DNA of 64,000 nt from Mobula hypostoma (taxonomy: Eukaryota). Where the stretch lies: the NCBI RefSeq assembly GCF_963921235.1, contig NC_086097.1, forward strand, positions 89,592,001 to 89,656,000, in the 5' to 3' direction. A program made the translations under genes and the position numbers. Below, piece by piece: positions 61,255 to 64,000 of this stretch. The notes under the pieces were generated by a model, which was not told where the DNA came from, did no database searches, and was given only the letters and a program-made list of their open reading frames with translations. Each line of letters starts with the position of its first letter. Within the stretch, counting starts at the first letter, position 1.

Positions 61255-61915
61255 TGTATTGAACAGAGAGGGCCTACGAATACAAGTACGTTGTTCCTTG
61301 AAGGTATCATCACAGACAGATGGGGTTGTGAAGAAGGGGTTTGGCACCTTCATCAATCAAGGCAATGAGTACAGGAGCTGGGATGTTATGGTGCAGCAGT
61401 ATAAGTTATTGGTGAGGCCACACCCAGAGTATTGTGTGCAGTTTTGGTTATCATGTTATAGAAAAGGCATCATTAAGTTGGAATGAGTACAAAGATTTCC
61501 AAGAATGTTCAATGGCCTGAGTCATAGGGCAGGCTAAGGTTTTATTCCTTGGAGTACTGAAGGAGTGACCTTATAGAGGTGTATAAAATCATGAGAGATG
61601 TAGATAGGGTGAATGTATCTTTTTACCCAGGGAGAGGGAACCATAAACTAGAGGGCAGAGGTTTAAGATGGATGGGAAAGATTTAGGAAGGACTTGAGGG
61701 GCAACGTTTTCATGTTGATGGTGGTGTGTCTATGGAATGAGGTGTCAGAGGAAGAGGTTGAAGTGGGTACAATAACATTGTTTAAAAACACTTGAACAGA
61801 TATATGGCTAAGAAAGGCTTTGAATGATGTGGGCTAAATGGGACTAGCTTAGATGGGCACCTCGGTCAGCATGGATGAGTAGGTCCAAAGGGCCTGTTTC
61901 TGTATGTTACAACTC
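61255..61915 (+). mobile_element. CR1 3' fragment
   Basis: SLKVSSQ.D.VVKKG..YKLLVRPHPEYCVQFW; CR1 tail. Confidence 0.85.
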
Positions 61916-63404
61916 CTTAGCTATATTCTTGCAACTCCTCAGAGATTTTCCACCACCCACAGAGCAGAAATCAAGAGATTGATGGCATATTCTCCTCTTG
62001 CTTGGATAAACACAAGCCTGACCACTATTCATGACTATGCGGCTTGCTTGAGTGGCAGTACTTTAGTGTTCATTCCTTCCACACCATTGCTGTAGACTGA
62101 ATCATCTAAGTACCTTGGACAGTACAGACAAATTATGCTACGGACAAGTTATGCCAAAGGGCCTGTTTCTGTGCTGTATAAATCCATGCCCTTGTCTGCA
62201 AAAAGCACTGCAGTTACTTGTCAAGACTCCTTTTACACCATCTTCCCTACTCTATGAACTCTATCATCCAAAAGGGGAAGGCAACAGATGCAAGGGGACA
62301 ATACCAGCTATTATTTTCATGCCAATTCTGAGTTATGTCATCTCAGATTGAAATGATACACATCCCATCTTAACTGCAAGACTTCAAGAGGTTTGTTTGT
62401 CACCAGCGTCTTAAGGGTGATTTAGGATTGGTAATAAATGCAGCCTTTGAAGGAAAAGGAAATTACATAATTACCTGATATTTGGTCAGATTGGTTGGGC
62501 GATAAAAGATCTTGACGCTGGGGAACACTCCCTTTCTCCTCTTTGAATAGTGCCAGGGGATCTTGGCTTAACCTCAGCTAAAAGACCCCAGGCAGATTGA
62601 CATGAAAGGGGAGAATGAGAAATCACAATACATTGTCGTCTTAGAAGCAGACAGTGCTGGAGATGTCCTTTCAGTTTAAATCCCCTGAAGGAGTCCCAAC
62701 CCTGCCGTTTCCCCAGAGCCCTGCACATTCTCCTTTATGAGTATCTGTGTGAAATATACATTGAATCTGCTTCCAGCACACTTTCAGGCCACGCACTCAT
62801 ATCCCACTGTGTGTGAAACAGGTTCCTCATCTTCTCTCTGTCTCAATGGCAATTGTTTTAGATTTAGTGGCTGGTGAAGAACTCCCACAGGCCCTAGCCC
62901 ATGCCCTAACAGTTTTAAGTACTGATTTATGAAAACAAATATCTATTCTTCGAAACTAAACAACATCAATCAGTGCTGAGTTGGCCCCCGGTGAGATTCC
63001 TTGGGATTATTTACAACATTTTCAGCACATGGTAAGGTAAATGAGTCTCCCTTTGGGCCTCTAATTCAATTAGCAGTGGGGAGTGTAGTATCAGAAGTGT
63101 ATACAGGTGTCACCAAGAGACTAGATCAAAAAATATTGTTTCAACGCTTGCCTAATCATAGCTAGCCATGGCGCCTGACAGTATGAGGGAAGGGGAGGGT
63201 GTTTTTACAGTATATTCTCCTCCATCTTGCCCATCATTTGAAGGAAGTATCTTTACTGTTAACTATGTGAATGGGAATCATTGCTCTGGAACAGTCATTG
63301 CTCAGCACTCACTGAAGAGGTTTATTTGATTAGGGCTGACTGAAGAGAGTTATTGATCAGGAATCATTATACAGGAATCATTAAACAGAATTCATTCAAG
63401 AAAA

Positions 63405-63915
63405 ATCATTGGGGTGGACATTGAACAAGAAACATTGAAGGGAACTCATACAAGTGAAAACCTTGCAGGGGCCCAGGAGTGGATGGTATCCCTGATGAAG
63501 TTTTCAAACTGTGTGGGTGATGATCTTCAGTCACTAATGCATAATCTCAGATCATCTTGGAAAACCAGGGGACCTATTGTTGTGGCTATCTTCAAAAAAA
63601 AGAGGCAAGTCCAATACTGGTGACTACAGAGGGATCTCCATGTTGTCTGCCACAGAGAAATTAATTACCATGGTCCCCCTCAAATATGCCCAGCCAGTGC
63701 AGGAGATGTCACCCAAATCTCAGTGTGGATCTGCCCATCCAAAGACAGAGCAGACACGATCTTTACCAGGGTGCAACTCCAAGGGAAAGTTAGGGAGCAG
63801 AACCAACCAGTAAACATGGCTGTAGAGGAGTTTAGTGAAGTTTTTGACTCCATCAACTGGTCAACTGGGGAGCACTATGGAACCTGTTCCTCAAATTTGT
63901 CTGCCCCCAAAAATA
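63405..63915 (+). mobile_element. degraded RTE (BovB/Expander-like) RT fragment
   Basis: IVAIFKKK..KSNTGDYRGISMLS..PKSQCG..DTIFT.VQLQGKVREQNQP..FDSIN. Confidence 0.75.
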
Positions 63916-63973
63916 AATAATCTCTCCATGTTGTAGCTGCAAGTCCAGCTCCTAACCAACCGGTCAATAACAG

Positions 63974-64000
63974 AGCAAACACGAGGAAATCTGCAGATGC
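63974..64000 (-). mobile_element. Penelope pLTR end running off the window
   Basis: aaacacgaggaaatctgcagatgc is the reverse of 23859-23884. Confidence 0.7.

Overview
This is eukaryotic, repeat-dense intronic or intergenic DNA. It most likely comes from a cartilaginous fish (ray or shark), inferred from the CR1/HER1-type LINEs, V-domain tRNA-SINEs and Penelope repeats. I recognise no host protein-coding gene, and almost every long ORF is a transposon relic. The LINEs include many CR1 fragments (one near-complete ORF2 at 51.3-54.3 kb), Rex1/Babar-type elements, and L1, RTE and Dong/R4 fragments. Other elements are a decayed Gypsy (Mag-like) LTR element carrying nested hAT MITEs, a solo LTR and a CR1; Tc1/mariner MITEs; and an internally deleted Chapaev3-like transposon. 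The most interesting signal is a set of Penelope-like (PLE) elements. One GIY-YIG-coding copy is accompanied by many short non-autonomous terminal-repeat insertions. These carry decayed minimal hammerhead-ribozyme motifs, and several form inverted hairpins with clean 9-12 bp target duplications. One copy starts exactly at the predicted ribozyme cleavage site. A 14 x 33 bp minisatellite has been amplified from inside a SINE; it is not a CRISPR array. Boundaries of old fragments are approximate, and family names come from motif recognition, not database searches.
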